64,000 nt of DNA, taken from Chrysomallon squamiferum (lineage: Eukaryota > Animalia > Mollusca). Both the position numbers and the translations under genes were made by a program. The DNA lies in NCBI GenBank assembly GCA_012295275.1, contig CM022665.1, positions 17,484,001 through 17,548,000 on the forward strand. Reading direction: 5' to 3'. Positions 1-15,271 of this stretch are shown here, in pieces; within the stretch, counting starts at the first letter, position 1; the number at the start of each line of letters is the position of its first letter. The notes under the pieces were generated by a model. It did not search any database, was not told the DNA's origin, and saw nothing but the letters and a program-made list of their open reading frames with translations.

Positions 1-103
1 TAAATCTGTTAGAAACAATAAAAAAAAAACAAAAAAAAAAAATAAATAAATAAATAAATGAAAGTCATGTAAAAAATTAAAATTAAATTTTTTTTTAAAT
101 TAC

Positions 104-220
104 CTCTGAATTAAATCAAAGGTAGTAGAAACTGCAATTAATTTTCATCGCTAAAGAATTGTGCACTGACCCAGTGAAGCATTATTACCCACTCTGGAAC
201 CACTGCTTTAGTAACTACAC
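104..220 (-). CDS. Tentative paralogue A exon
   Basis: VVTKAVVPEWVIMLHWVSAQFFSDE.. needs +1 A in an A4 run; donor AG|gtaatt; next acceptor ctaacag at positions 6-7. Confidence 0.4.
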
Positions 221-3200
221 CTTATATATAAGGTCACAGAGAAGGCCATATTTAATTTATTTTAAATCAGCTAAATTTTATTATTTTCAATATTACTTTT
301 TACTTTTATACATTCATAAAATTGCATTTTGGATACATATACATACTACAATCCTTTATTTTTCACAATTTTAAGTTTTATTTATCATTTTTCTTTAAGG
401 CCAAGGATAAAGATTCCTCAACATCATGTAAATAAGACATTATAATTCATAGATTGTAGGATTCATTTATTACAATGTCATCATAACTGATTGCTGGATA
501 AAATAATTTAACTTGGTATTGAAAGCATTTATAATGGCAGTACTGACATATTTAAATGGTTTTTCATCAGTGCAAGACTTTCTTTTGTGAAAAAAAAAAA
601 AAAAACAATTTTTTTTTTTTTTTTTTATTGTTATGTATATATATATATATATAAAGGCATAATCTGTTATTTGCCTAGTTATAGGCATGACAAAAATGCC
701 ATCAAAGTATGATGAAAAATGGCATTGCAATTACAACAATAATTGCATTTAATTAAGCAAGAACAGCACATAATAAAATATCATACACAAGTTTTAATAT
801 TTATATTATTAGTAGATTCAGTATGTTATAATAAATGTTATCTCATATTATGAATTATTTGTACACTTTCAAAACAATAGTATACCACAAACTGAAATAT
901 TTCAATACATGAGTATACTAGTATAACAGGCTACATACACTAGCAGGCACAAATATAATAAGTTTGTAATATGTTTATGTATCAGTTAGAAATGACAAAA
1001 CAACTGATGGTCTTTGCACATTACTCTTAATGACCAGGTATAACAAATAAGTACTGAAATACACTATGGACACATAATTACAAATGATATAATTCCTTCC
1101 TGTCATGCTGTAGTACTAAAATATATATATATTTAATAAATCAAACATAGACAGGTTATATTTTATAAATAACATTTAATTCCCCACCCCCATATTGTTA
1201 ATTATTGAATATACTGATGTATGATACTCAGTTAATACACACTTGCTAAATGATTAATGTTTTAAAACAGGAAAGACATGAATATTGTTATTACAAGAAA
1301 GCACATTGGGTAAATTGTCAAAAAGGTGATAATGTCACTTATTTGGCAACAATTCAGTTTATACAGATATATGTATAATTCACCTGAGAGGATGTATATT
1401 GCTTCTACAAAAAACAATTTACTGGCTGGTAAGATCTCTCAAAGCATACAAGAGCTACTGTCTCGTTGCTTCAAAGTAAGAAATATATTTGTAAATTTAA
1501 TGTATATACATATGCAAAGCAACAATGCAAGAAGGAATGTTCAAGTATTCCAAAGTAACCTAAGAGATGACAGGAAAAGAAAAGGACCAAAGTGATTTTT
1601 TAATTTTTGAAATCAGTTAAGTATTTTAGATTTTGTATCAGTTTTTGGATTATGTTTTTCAACACTTTGAAGAAAAGCAATTATGTTAAAATAAGTTTGA
1701 ACCTTAGTTTTAAATCCTAAACACAAAATTCATTCCTCTATAACTCCTTTAATTCTAATAATTATTACATGTTACTAAAAAAAGTTTGAATCAAGACTAC
1801 AGTAATTATTTGTCAAATATCAGTCAACTTCTACAGCTGACATGAAATACACAACCTGATCTACCTCATATTATGTTTACACTGCTAAATGGAATCATCC
1901 ATAACAATCAGAACATGTCACTTCAATTATATGACATGCACCATCACCCTGCTGAGGGGATAAGCAGTAGATTTAACCATCATAACATGCATTTCACCAT
2001 ATGGACAATCAAAAACTGCCATGCAGCAAGTTTTAAACTTCAATCATTAAAGTACAAGAGTAAATTACATTCAGTTATGATGAAACATTTATTATTATAA
2101 AAAAACAAACATTTTAAGCATTTCATACTGTGTCATGATAACGGAACGTCTTGCATTTTGCTGAAACATCCATCAACTTTCCCCAAAAATATCTCCAGAC
2201 CCAGATCAGATATCACTATGTTGTTTGTCCGAGCTTTAATAACTTTTGTGGAATTCCAGTACATTTTACAAAATGTTCAATATTATGATGGCTTCTTTTA
2301 TGGAGAACTGACTAATTTCATAAATCCGGATCTCATAAAGTATGTGGAATTTAAAAAAAACACACAGACACACAAAAAAAAAAAAAAAAAAAAATAATAA
2401 TAATAATAATTTTCCTTAATAAAATTTGACTTTATAATAAATAAATTACTGGACTTATTTTATCAACAAACATATGGTTTTTAACTACAAACTGCTACAA
2501 AATGAAGGAGTGGCAGATGACTCAGTGTCATCACTTTACATTGGGACAGATTTGCATTCCTAGTACAAGTATATGATACATGTAAATACACATATCTAAT
2601 GAAACAACACAAACATTAAAACACACACACACACACACACACTTAGAAAGAAAGAGAATTTGTATTTACCAGTTTGTTTTCTCTTGACTTATACTGTGAC
2701 TTCAATGTGTGCCAATGATAAAACAGGTTTGCAGCAACAATATAAGGAGGAATCATCTGAGATGATACAGCACTTTCTAGTTGTCTGATGGTTAGCACTG
2801 ACATGATGCTTCTAGGTAAAAGATAGTCTGCCTCAAACATGAATTCCAGATCTTTAATAACATTCTGTACAGGGCTGAAAAATTTAAATAAGTTTTGAAA
2901 AAAAAAAAATAATAATAATTAAAATTATTTTAAATGTAAAACTAAGTGACCTTTTAATAATCATATTATTACAATTTTTTTTCTCAATGTTTGAAGATGT
3001 GTTTTTCACTTGTGTTTACTAATGCTACCTATATTTGATTTGCAATAAATGCTTAAATTATTCTGTGGCAAATACAACATAAATGGTGATATGAGTGAAC
3101 TAAGAACATGAGGGTTTTGGAGTTGCTGTTTTCGGGTTTTTTTTGTTGCTTTTGTTATTTTTGTTCTGTTGTTTCTTTTTTCATTTTTTTTTTTCATCAC

Positions 3201-6012
3201 ACACATACACAGATATTACCTGCTATGAATGAAAATGAACTAGAAAGATTTGGTCACATAATAATTGACAGTGAATAACAGGTATCTTCCCAAGTGAATT
3301 AGTATTTCCAAACCTGGTTTTCTGGAGAGGATTTTACATTTTATCACAAGGGATAATTAAATGAAAACAATCATGTTAATACGTATGTTGTTTCCATATC
3401 TCTTATTTTGTTAAATAATTAAACTTTTGTTTGTCTTTGTCATGTTTTCTTATTAGATAACTAAAAAAAAAATTAAAGGCTTCTCTTTTTTAATAACAAA
3501 ATATTATTGCTTTCTTATAATTATACATTTAATTATTTACAAAAATATGTAATTTTATGCATATTTGAAGAAAACATTAAAAATAAATATTCTTTTTTAA
3601 CTGTAATATTAAAAAAAAAAATATAGTTTGATCAATTTGAAAATGTGAATGAAAAAATGTGCGATTTTCACAACAGCTACATTAAGGATAAATACTTACA
3701 TGTTCCATTCTTGTGGTGGTTGATAGTAATAGCCATAATCAGAAAATCCTTCTGTAGCACTTTTCAACTTTTCTGCCTCATTTTTAAGACTTTTGAGTCC
3801 CCACCATTCTGGTGTTCTGTGCTTTTCCAGTGTTGATGTTTTGAAAGGCTCTGAATCTCCATGAAGGAAATGATATAATGGCAGCATATACAACCAACGT
3901 ACATTAGATGGCATGTTCTGTCCAATATGTTTTATGACTTTGTGTAAGGCATTTAATATAGACCTGGAAATACGAACAGTTAATATGAATAACAGCTAAG
4001 GAATTCAATTCAGTAAACATGTTATACATCTTAACTAAAAACAATTTCCAAATAGCACAAATAACAATTATTTGGTACTGACATAGTATAATTCATTCAT
4101 CTGACCAATACTTTCTAGCTGAAGTGATCAGTTATATAAACATTCTAAGTTAAACTTTACTTTTTTTAACTGTATTATAATTTAAAATCACACATAAAAG
4201 TTTAGCTTTCTCAACATCAATAAAATCAAATGAAACCCAACATTATTAACTGAATGGCCAAAACACAAATGTCGTGTTTGACACCGATAACAAGATCTAA
4301 ATTCATTTAGTCTGATGCCAAAAAAGACAAAAGGATAACTTTTGGCAAAGACCAAAAAATAACAAATTATTACTTTTTAATTTAATATTTAGATCTCCAA
4401 TTAGTATCCAACATGAATAAAAATGTTTACCAATGTACACAATATAAGTTGGAGTAAAAAGTTGGATATCAGACTTAGAGAAATAATTAAAAAAAACTTT
4501 GGCTTTTCAGAAAACTGCAAATAATTAAAATGATAAATAAAACATTAAAACATTTTTAGAGATTTTATACAGTTATTCAGGACAGATTTTGTTTTTCAGT
4601 GTATAATGCAATCCAGATTTTGAAAACACACATTTAAAAAAATTCCTTTCTTTCTTTTCTTTTTTTCTAACTTCTCATCAAACAACATGGTCACTTTAAT
4701 TACTGGTATCATTTTTCCTCTAAGACACTTTTAATGAAACTGCATACTAAAAAATATTATAAATTTATAATAGATTGACAGAAAATATTAGAACAACAAA
4801 ATTCTTACTCTCTCTTTTGGGGAAAATTCATGTTCATAAGATTATAATTTGGACAGCTTTGTTTCTTTGCATCCACATGTAGCATAAAGGCATGATAAAA
4901 TCTTTCCACCAATGGTTCACATTTGTGAATTTCAATTCCATTTTCCTTTACCATTAACAGAACAAAAACAGCAATCGATAATGCATGCTCAGCACCTCCA
5001 TGAACTTTTGCCTTTTCAAGACAGCAAGAGAGTTCATCAAACAGTGAGTTTAAAATTACATCAAAGCTCTGAAAAACATGAAAATTCACTTGCTTTCTTA
5101 TTATAGTTTAAAAATATAATAATAATAAAAAAATAAAATAAAATAAAGTAAAATATCTTAATTTACTAACAAGAAATAACAGCATTTTGCTACTATAAAA
5201 AAAAGTTTGATAAATCATCTATTCTTTTCTTTTACATTCTCCCCAAATGTTATAACTATTAGATTATGGCTTTCTTTTAAAAGTGTTTTGAACTTTCATA
5301 CTTTTTGGTAGATTGTACATTAGTTTCAAGCAGAAATAATACCACTAAAATTAGTTCATACTACATAATACTGTATTAGTTATATTTTCCTGATATATGA
5401 TTTTTTTCAGGATTTTTGTATATATTTTTGTGTATAATTTATATGTCTATATTTTTATCTATCTATCTAAATATATGTGTGTGTGTGTGTGTGAGATCAA
5501 ATGTACTAAAACATGAACAAAAATATATATACATACATATTCTGATATTTAAACATACACTTACATCTGAAAAAAACTTTTCATCAGTATATCTAGAATC
5601 TGAGTGAACCATCTGAATCCTCAAACACTTCATAATGTTATAAATCTTTTGCAAAATATCTTCTGTTGATTCTGAACTATCTTTGTTGCTCAAAGACTTT
5701 ATTATATCTTGTGCAGAGGGAAGAAAGTATTCAGCAGCCTGTTTTGTTTCATATTTTGCTTTTTCTGTTTCATTTGTAAAGACCATCTTCTTTAAATATT
5801 CCAGAACACCCCTGCTTGGATGATAAACAAAGCCATCATACTGGTGCCATTCATCTGAAATATTTAAAACAGATATCTAATACAATCATCAAATTATCTC
5901 CTTTTTATAAACAGTCAAATAATAATAATAAATTACAACTCCTACTGTTTATCAGTGTTTAGTAACAATTAAAAAACAATTTAATGATTATAAAGATTTA
6001 TGCAAATAAACA

Positions 6013-6045
<33 letters not shown>

Positions 6046-9000
6046 AAAAGAATTCAGTGGTAAAAAAATAACAATCAAATCAGTTTCTGACAGATTATAT
6101 AAGCTACATCCAAAATTTCATTTATTGTTCCACATTTACAGAATACCATAAATTACTAGTTAGTCAGATGGCAATCTGCCAAAGTTGGAAGGGATCATAC
6201 ATTGATTTTACACATCAGCACATTTGATTCTTAGCATGTGAATCCACCTCTAGAGTAAAGATGTTAGATACATCATTTGATTATTAGTGCATCAATTATC
6301 ACTGGCAGTGCAAATTACTGGCTCTCAGGCAATTGCATACAGTTTAATCAGACACTAGAATTCCAGTCACAGACTGTTATATTTGGTGTTGTCATACAGA
6401 GATGTTGATGATGTACTTATCCTTTCTTTTCATAGTGCTTCTGAGCTTCCTAAACATGGACAATTTTGAACAGAATTCATTCCTCAGTATGTTACCAAAG
6501 TAGACCAACCATGTTTTGACTGACACAAAGTCTAGGAGATTTATGCAAGCTCCATTTATAAGGAAATTATGCATGTGCAAAGTGTGAAAGCATGTTTAGA
6601 CAATTAAAATTACTCAACAATATCAAGGAACTGGTCTTGAAATTCATTTCTGGGTTGCTCTGACCCAATTTTGTGTGTGTGTCTGTTCATGTGCACATGT
6701 TTGTTTCATGTTCTCACTAAATGAGTTGTTTGTCCAAAACATTCAATAATTAGAGTTACTAGATTCACTTGAAAAAGCAGAATTTGTTTTCATATGATAT
6801 ATCATAAAAGAAGATACATCAAGAGTCTAGAAGAATTAAAGGCATGATAAACACATTGGGAGTAGAAACCATAAAATGCAGAAAATGGCTTTCAGCATAT
6901 CTGGTTTATTGTCGGGGTATTTACCTTAGTTACCATGGACAGATGTTGATCAAATCCTGTCCAACTTAAAGATATCAACACTGTTATGATATTCTGCTAA
7001 TACAAATACAATATCTTTATTAGAAACAAAATGCAGATATTTAATTATTTTGTAGTTACTGCCATGTTTTAGAAAAATCAAGAACCTGCACTACACTTTG
7101 GTTTATATGACAAATCTGACTTCAACATATATCAGTTAATGTCTTTTTCTTCATACAGTATTAATATTTAAAATAAAATTATTGTTAGAAATAATTAACT
7201 ATCCCTTGTAATTTTGAACACTGTTACTAAAAAGGAAAATACATTACTCTGATAAACAAAATTAAATAGGCTGATCTAGCTGCTTATAAATAATATATTC
7301 TGAGCATTTTTATATTGAAAAATAACTGTTTATGTAATTACCATGTTTGATAACAAAGGCTATATTTATTTATATACGTATGTATATTACTGAAGCCAGG
7401 AATCACTGTTTTACCCCTAAATACTAATAGTAAAAATATTTTCTGATATAAGCAATAACAAAAAAATATATATATCATTTTAAGTAATTGATATATTTTT
7501 ATTTATTTTTTTTGTCATAGCCTTACATGGTGCAAGTGACAAGAAAGATCAATGTTCCCTGTCCTGCCCCAGTGCCATAACAGGTGTATTCCAATTTTGC
7601 TTCCATCGTAGTTTCAAAGTATTTTTCCTACGTTTGAAATGATCAGTTTCATCTGTCTCATAGTTCATTCAGTTATCTTGTCCTTGTCTGTCTCAGTGTC
7701 AAATCCGTTAAAAAACATTCTTTGACGTGTACATGATAACATTTATTTTTCTAACAACATTAAACACTATTGTTTGTTTCTTTTTCTTTTATCTAGGTCA
7801 GCTGCCATGTGATGGAATACACAATGTGCAATCATTTATTTATAGGTTTATTAAATGACCTATCACATGAACAAAATAGTTTACACTGCTGAAGATTAAA
7901 GAGAGTATGTTCTAAGCAATTTATGTGGTTGAAAAGCACAGTTATTAACATATTGATGCCCTTATATGGAAAGATGATGTTTCAAGCTTTCTGCTGATGC
8001 CTGGTTTGTCAGGGATTGTCTCAAAATTACCCAAACAGAAAGACTGCAAAACTGTTGGTTTGCAAATGAATTTCCATCTCTTTACAGAAATCATTTAATA
8101 ATGCAGGAAAAAATATTATTTAGATGCTATCAACAGTGGAAATCAATAAAAGGATAGCTAAAGAACTGCTTACAGAGAAAATGTCAAAATTGATAGATTT
8201 GCCATTTTTTAAGAAAAAACTACCTTTTCTCAGTTTATAAGAATGTGGCACGTGTGTGTGTGCACACATGCACATGTGCATTGTGTCTTAAATATATCTG
8301 CTCTGCATATTATCCATAAAGCAATAGTCTTACTGAAAGGTACAACAGGGCACTGAAAGTAGGCATCTGCTAAATGGGCTACCAATACAAAATTAAACTC
8401 AAAGTTTAAATTCCATAAACACTGAGAAAGTAAAGAAAATAAAACAAAGGGAATACTAATATTCATGGTTGGAAACAGTTATTTTCAAAATATTGTTACA
8501 ACATGCCATTTACTTTATCATGAATCAAAGGTAAATCATAAAAATAATAAATTAAAAAAATAGTTACCCAAAGATTTTCTTTTTTCAGATGGAAGGTGAA
8601 ATGTTCTGTTTGGATCTTTCTGGCCTGTCTTGACTTTCATAAAATAAACACATTCCCAAACAGGAGCATGATTCTTTTGAACGAAGACATATTTATACTT
8701 AAAATCTCCATTTCGGGTATCTTTTGGCATGTCTACTGGTAAAATATACTCATGGCATTCAGCAGATTTACTGAAAAAAAATTTTTAATCATTTATTTAT
8801 TTATCATTATTATTATTTTTTCTGAGGTAATCCATTAACCATAGAAAATGGCAGACTACTGTAAATTTATCGTATTTTTTTTTAGGCTAACCAGCAGTCA
8901 GGCTGAAGAAAGCAAGTACTGGGCACACAGTCTGAAAATCAGGAGCAAGAAACAGCATATGGCTGAAAAGTTTCAGCAAAGTTCAGATATTAAAACAGAT

Positions 9001-12000
9001 TTATAAATCAAAATGTTGCTCTTCCTTGGCCACTGATATAAATGGATACTTAACAGAAATTTATATCTCTGAAATAAAAGCATTCAAAACAAAAAATTTG
9101 GAGATTAAAAAGAAATGCTTTTTTCTTTTTTTTTAAACACAATTAAACATAATTGAATTAGAAAAGAAACTATGACAGAAAATAAAAAGTTTATAAAAAG
9201 ATGGATTTGTATTCATTACCATGTATTTATATACTATTACTAAAAGGCTTCTGAAATAATGAATAAAATAATAAAAATATTGATCTTGATTTATTATAAC
9301 TGCATTTACAATTTTACATCTTTAATAATCAGAATGTGAAACTGAATAAAAATTAAATAAGTTTCTGTTCTAATTTGTTATGACATCTGAGTTTTTCAGT
9401 TCATATACAGTTCTGTTTTAAACAGACATATATATTTACTTTCTTACAGTTATTAAACTGTGCTATAATATTACATAATATTTGTTATTCTGCAGTATCG
9501 TATTTGTAAACATTGTTACATAATTACAAACAACATATAATTATCTTCAACTGTGTGTAATATTGGAAAATATTTACGGTTTAAATGTAGCATTATAAAA
9601 GGACAAACCTTGTTTTTCTTTAATGGTAAATTATGACACAACTCTATCCAGACTTGTTTTCTCAAGTTTTAGGGCTAAAATGCATAATTGCTATTGATTT
9701 CAGGACTGAAAAGAAAGACAGTCTTGAGGAACATTTTTCTCAGTTAATGCTTCTGAGACATTCTGCTCTTAGCAACACTAATAAAGTTACAGCTCAGTCA
9801 GTTTTCATGATATAAACAAATATTCTGTAGTTTTTCAAGTCTTTTAATGTATTGTATCTGATTATGTTAATATCTCTTTTCTTTTTTCCTTTTTTTGAAA
9901 CTTTTTAATGTATTTTTCTTACAGATTCAGCTGAAAAACAAGAGGAGTTCTCATTTATTTTGGTTATCTTATAACTGATTCTAGTATATCAGATTTAAAT
10001 TAGAAATATCCTTTAAAAAAATAATAATAATAATTTCAATCCCAATACTAGTTATTGTCCAGTTAAAAAGGAAAAAAGTGTATACTGAATATTGGAAAAT
10101 AATTTTTAATGAAAAAGACATTATAAAGTAAAAAATAATTTATTAGAAAAACACAAAAAGAACAAAATAAATTTTTCATGTCTTGCTCAAAATAAATTTC
10201 TGATGTCTTGCTCATTTACAATAATCATCTTACATTTGTGGATCTTACTCTTGTCTTCATTCAATATTCTCAGTTTGAACTTGTATGAAATATTAATTGC
10301 ATTATCCTTATAGAAATTCACTGAACAAATGCTCAGTCTACATGCCTGCAAATTTTTTAGTCATCATAACTACCGTATATACTTGTGTATAAGTCGAATT
10401 TTGGGGAGACTATATTAAGGTAATATTTTGGGGGTTGACTTATACATAGGTAATGCTTTTGTAGCTGCTGCTGAAGAGTCGCCATTTTGACTGTTTTTTG
10501 CTACGGGATGCATCTAAAATAATTGCGGTCTTTCAGCTTTTCAAAAATATAATTTTATCATATACAAAATTTTGAAAAATTAAATAACAAAACCAAATAT
10601 GAATGTAAAACATGATATTCTTCCGTTTAATGACATAAAAATACATTTTAAAGCGAGAAAACCGTCAGTACGGCGTTATGCCTTACAGCGTCTTGCAATG
10701 ATCTAGGAATGCAGACTTCTCTGCCAAATTGCACTAAATATCAGTCCTAATTTCATAAACAAAACTCAGGCTATAGCTCGTGTAATATATGCATTTACGT
10801 TATTATGGTATATTCGTGCAAGTTACAGCTCGTGCAAGTTATGTTACAGTAGGCGTACAATGTAGGCCTTCATGGCACTGTCACACTGGTCTAAAAATAG
10901 TGATGGTGCCTGGAATCTACAGTTGACTTATACACAAGTAATATCTAAAATGACGCAATTTTTGGTCTTAAAATACACATCAACTTATACATAAGGTCGC
11001 CTTGTACACAAATATATACGGTAATTATTTTGTGTCAATTTCTGGCTATTCTTGAGGAAGGGTTAATAAGTCTGGACAGATTTTACATTAAAAAAATTAT
11101 AAAAGATTAAAATAATTTAAAAAGTAAAATAAAAAATATATATTTACTCTGTTTTCTGCATCTTCCACTTTTTTGTATTCCATTTTTCTAATACATCTGT
11201 CCCAAATGCAATATAAAGATCTTCATTCTCAATTTTTTTGCTGCCATGAACTAGTACATGAAACACCACTGTCACCCTATCAGCATGAGACCTAGAAAAA
11301 ATAACTTAATAATCAATTTATTAAAAGAAAAACAATATGACTATAATAATTTTCATAACAAATTTATGCATATTCTGTTTTGCAGGTATTTATAACATCA
11401 TGTACTGCTCACCTGTAGAACTGTAGAAATAAATCTTCAAGTGTCAAAAATAACTTAAATCTGAAGTTTTACTTTGCCCTTCTTAAAATAAACAATAATA
11501 AGAAACAGTATGTAATTTTTTCTTGTATTTTTTCTCATATTTTGTATATAATATTTTATTATGAATTATTTTAAGAACAACAATGACAAAGTTTCTAACA
11601 TTGTGTTTTTTCTGAAAGACAGTTATTATTTAAATGAACAAAATAGCTTAAAATGGGAACTGCAGATGTCAGTGATGATTCTATTATTGTAAATATCCAT
11701 TTACTGTTCTTGCTTTTGTCACCAAAATCCAAAAATTGAGAAATAAAAAGAAGTTTTCTCCTAAGAGACATGCATATATAATGATTTATTATGGCAAACT
11801 GAATTAAACCAATTGTAATTTTTCTGCATTGTAATTTTTATTTTATGAAAATTAACTCAGTCTAACAGCACTTTTTATTTATATAATAGAAACAATTTCA
11901 GTTTATTTAATTTAACATTAAGATTGGAGTGGTTTGAGTGGTTTGTTAATTACTATATATTATAATCCAGTTAGATTTATCTTTCATACTTGTAATGTGT

Positions 12001-12144
12001 CAATAATAATTTATTATACTCCTTTGCATTTGTGTATCCATCACATATTTTTTTAATGAAATGTAACCTATGAAATAATAATATTTTGAATTTATACCAG
12101 TATTGTGAAAGATAACAAAAACAAAAAATTAAGTTTTATTTATA

Positions 12145-12178
<34 letters not shown>

Positions 12179-15100
12179 TTTTTTTTACCTACCGTGTTAC
12201 TATCTTTGCATTCCTTGTCTGATTAGACTCAGTTTTCTGAAAATGATTTGAAATTATGATTATGATGCTGACAATACATCAAATACATTTTTTCAAGATT
12301 TATAAAATATGAAGTATTTTTAAATTCAAATTTTGCTTATAAACAATTTATATATGTTTTGAAAAATTATTTTTAGGAGAAAAACATTCTACAAAAATCC
12401 TACATTACTACATACATTAAATCCCTTAACAGTGAATATGGACATGATAATCAAACTGCACTGTATTAATCACAAATTATTTAAAAGAATAATCATATCA
12501 AATATAAAATTCTATTACACTGATGTACATCTAATGCACCAACACTTAATGACCTTAAACAAATAATTTTTAATATTATTCAAAACCATAACTGTTTTTT
12601 ATAGATGATATTTTTTTTATTATTAATTTTTTTTTTTTTTCTCAGATATTTTGCAATCTTTTTACAAACTGTGTCCACCAAAGACTGGTTTGAATGAATT
12701 ACCAAAATGAACAACCATAAAATTAATAAAATAAAAATGAATTAAAAAGCACCTATATTAAGGAATGGGTAGCAACTATCATACATAGATAATATTGTCA
12801 AAATAAGTAGTTTTGGCTTATAACCAAAGTAATAGAGAACATTCAGCATTCCATTTTGTGAACTCTTTTGTATCATCAACTAGGCATTGGTTTATAGCAT
12901 TTTATTAATCAAATGTATCAATATACTTATTCTTATTGATAAATAATCTGCATTTAATTTCACTGAATGTACAGTTTATTTTGCTAGATAATTCTATTTA
13001 AATTATAAAAAAAATTAAAATTCTAAAGACACAAAAGCTTTATAATTAAAAAAGAAAAAGTTTGAAATATTGCTACACAGTGATTTGATATATTTCTCTG
13101 TTCAGTTCATCAAATCATCAGGCTTATATTTTTATTGTTTGTTCATTATTTGTTCTGTCTATAAACTTGGAGTTAATTATATTGTATTCCAGATAATAAA
13201 TATATTATCCTTTTTTTTTTTTTTCTTTTTCACTAAAATAATTAATAAGCCATTTTACTGCTGTACATACTTCAAGTATCACACTGCATTTATAGAGTCT
13301 GAAAGAACAGTTCTATTCTAAAGCTATATAGCAGATGAAATGTTTAAATGATAAACTATTATTATCAACTTATTATTATATATGAAGAAATATACTTGTA
13401 ATGATACCTTCTTATCATCAGAATTTTTTGCTGCTTTGTTACTTTTATTCTTTTCAGGTTTATCTGCTGGCTCACTGGAACATGTTTCTGATTTTTGTTT
13501 TTCCAAGTTAGAATTTGTATTAGTAGTATCTTCTTTCTGAAAGTGGGAATCTTCCACATTTATTGTCTCTGCACTACTGCTTGGTCCAGATGATTTGTTT
13601 TGTTGTCCATCATCAGGTATAGTTTTATTTGTGGTAGTATTTTCATGTTTTTTGGTATCAGACAGATATTTTACAGTGATCTTCTGAATTAACTCCATGT
13701 GACTGCAGAGTTTCTCCATTTTCAGTATAATTTGTTTTGTCTGTTTCATTTCTATCATATACTTGTTTGGTTTTCTTTATTTCCAGTCCCAAATACTTGT
13801 GGATATTTGGATTTAACTTTTGATTTAGTTTCATTTTTAGAAGAAGAACTGTTATTATTAGCATTAGCATAATCATTATTCTGCTGATCAGTGATAGGTT
13901 GTACCTGACTGTTATCTTCAGACTTAACTGTTGCTTTCAGAGTTTCTCCTGCTTTCCCAGGATGTGTTTCTTTGTCTGCTGCATCATGATTTTCTTCAGT
14001 TACTGGACTATCTTTATTCTTCTGTCAGAGTTCAAATGACTTTTGAATCATTTTTTCCTGAGTTTCTCCTGTTTTCCCAGCATTTAGTTTCATTTTTTCT
14101 TCATTTGCAGAAGTCAAATACTTTTGAATCATTTTCATTTTTGGCATTAACACTAGCATCATCATTATTCTTCTGATCACTGATAGGTTCTATGTGACTG
14201 TTATCTTCTGACTTAACTGTTGGTTTCAGAGTTTCTCCTGCTTTCCCAGGATGTGTCTCTCTGTCTGCTGCATCACATTTTTCTTCATTTGTAGAATCAA
14301 ATACTTTTGAATCATTTTCCTCTGCTTCTGATTTAATTTCATTTTTTGCAGAAGCATTGTTATTATTAACACTAGTAGCATCACAAGGATTTTTCTGCTG
14401 ATCACTGATAGGTTGTACCTGACTGTTATCTTCAGACTTAACTGTTGCTTTCAGAGTTTCTCCTGCTTTCCCAGGATGTGTCTCTTTGTCTGCTGTATCA
14501 TGTTTTTCTTCAGTTATTGGACTATCTTTATTTGTAGAGTCAAATACTTTTGAATCATTTTCCTCTTCTTTTGATTTAGTTTCATTTTTCAGCTGATTGT
14601 TGAAAGGTTGTAGCTGACTGTTACTTTCAGAGATTAACTGTTTCTGTCAGCTGATCTATCATATTTTCATTGACTGTAACATCATTTTCTTTTGGATATT
14701 TCTGCTCAACTTCTTTGAATATTTCACTTTTGCTTAAGGCACTATTATTAATGCCAAACTTACAATCATCAGAAGATAGGGTATTACTGTTATCTTCAGA
14801 CAAAACTTTGTCAGTTAGCAATAATTTATCAGTCTTTGAAGGTGTAATGTTTGATATCTGCTGATCAAATACTCTTTCAGCATTGTTTCCAGTCTCAAAA
14901 TGATCTTCAGAAGGATCTTTACCTGGGCCATTGTTATCTTCTTTACTATTTTCATTACTTGGATTTAGCTCTTTTTGACATATATCAACAATATTTTCTT
15001 TTTCCTTTTTTGCTACTGTTGAATTCTTTTTTTTTCTTTTTTTCTTTTTTCTCTTTGTCTTTTTTTTTTTAAGTTCTTTGGGTGCATCTTCACCAAATTC

Positions 15101-15217
15101 ATCCAATGTTAATGATTCTGAACTGACTGTCTGATATATCACATGGGTCTTTTGATCCTTCATTTAGAAATAATAAAATATAGATTATTGTTATAATACA
15201 TACATATAATACAATAG

Positions 15218-15271
<54 letters not shown>

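Noticed and set aside
6840-8200. Further decayed LINE endonuclease or transposase fragments
   Set aside because: Only faint motif hints; not supportable without a profile search.
13931-15072. Plus-strand hydrophobic ORFs
   Set aside because: Antisense shadows of the K/E/N-rich minus-strand exon.
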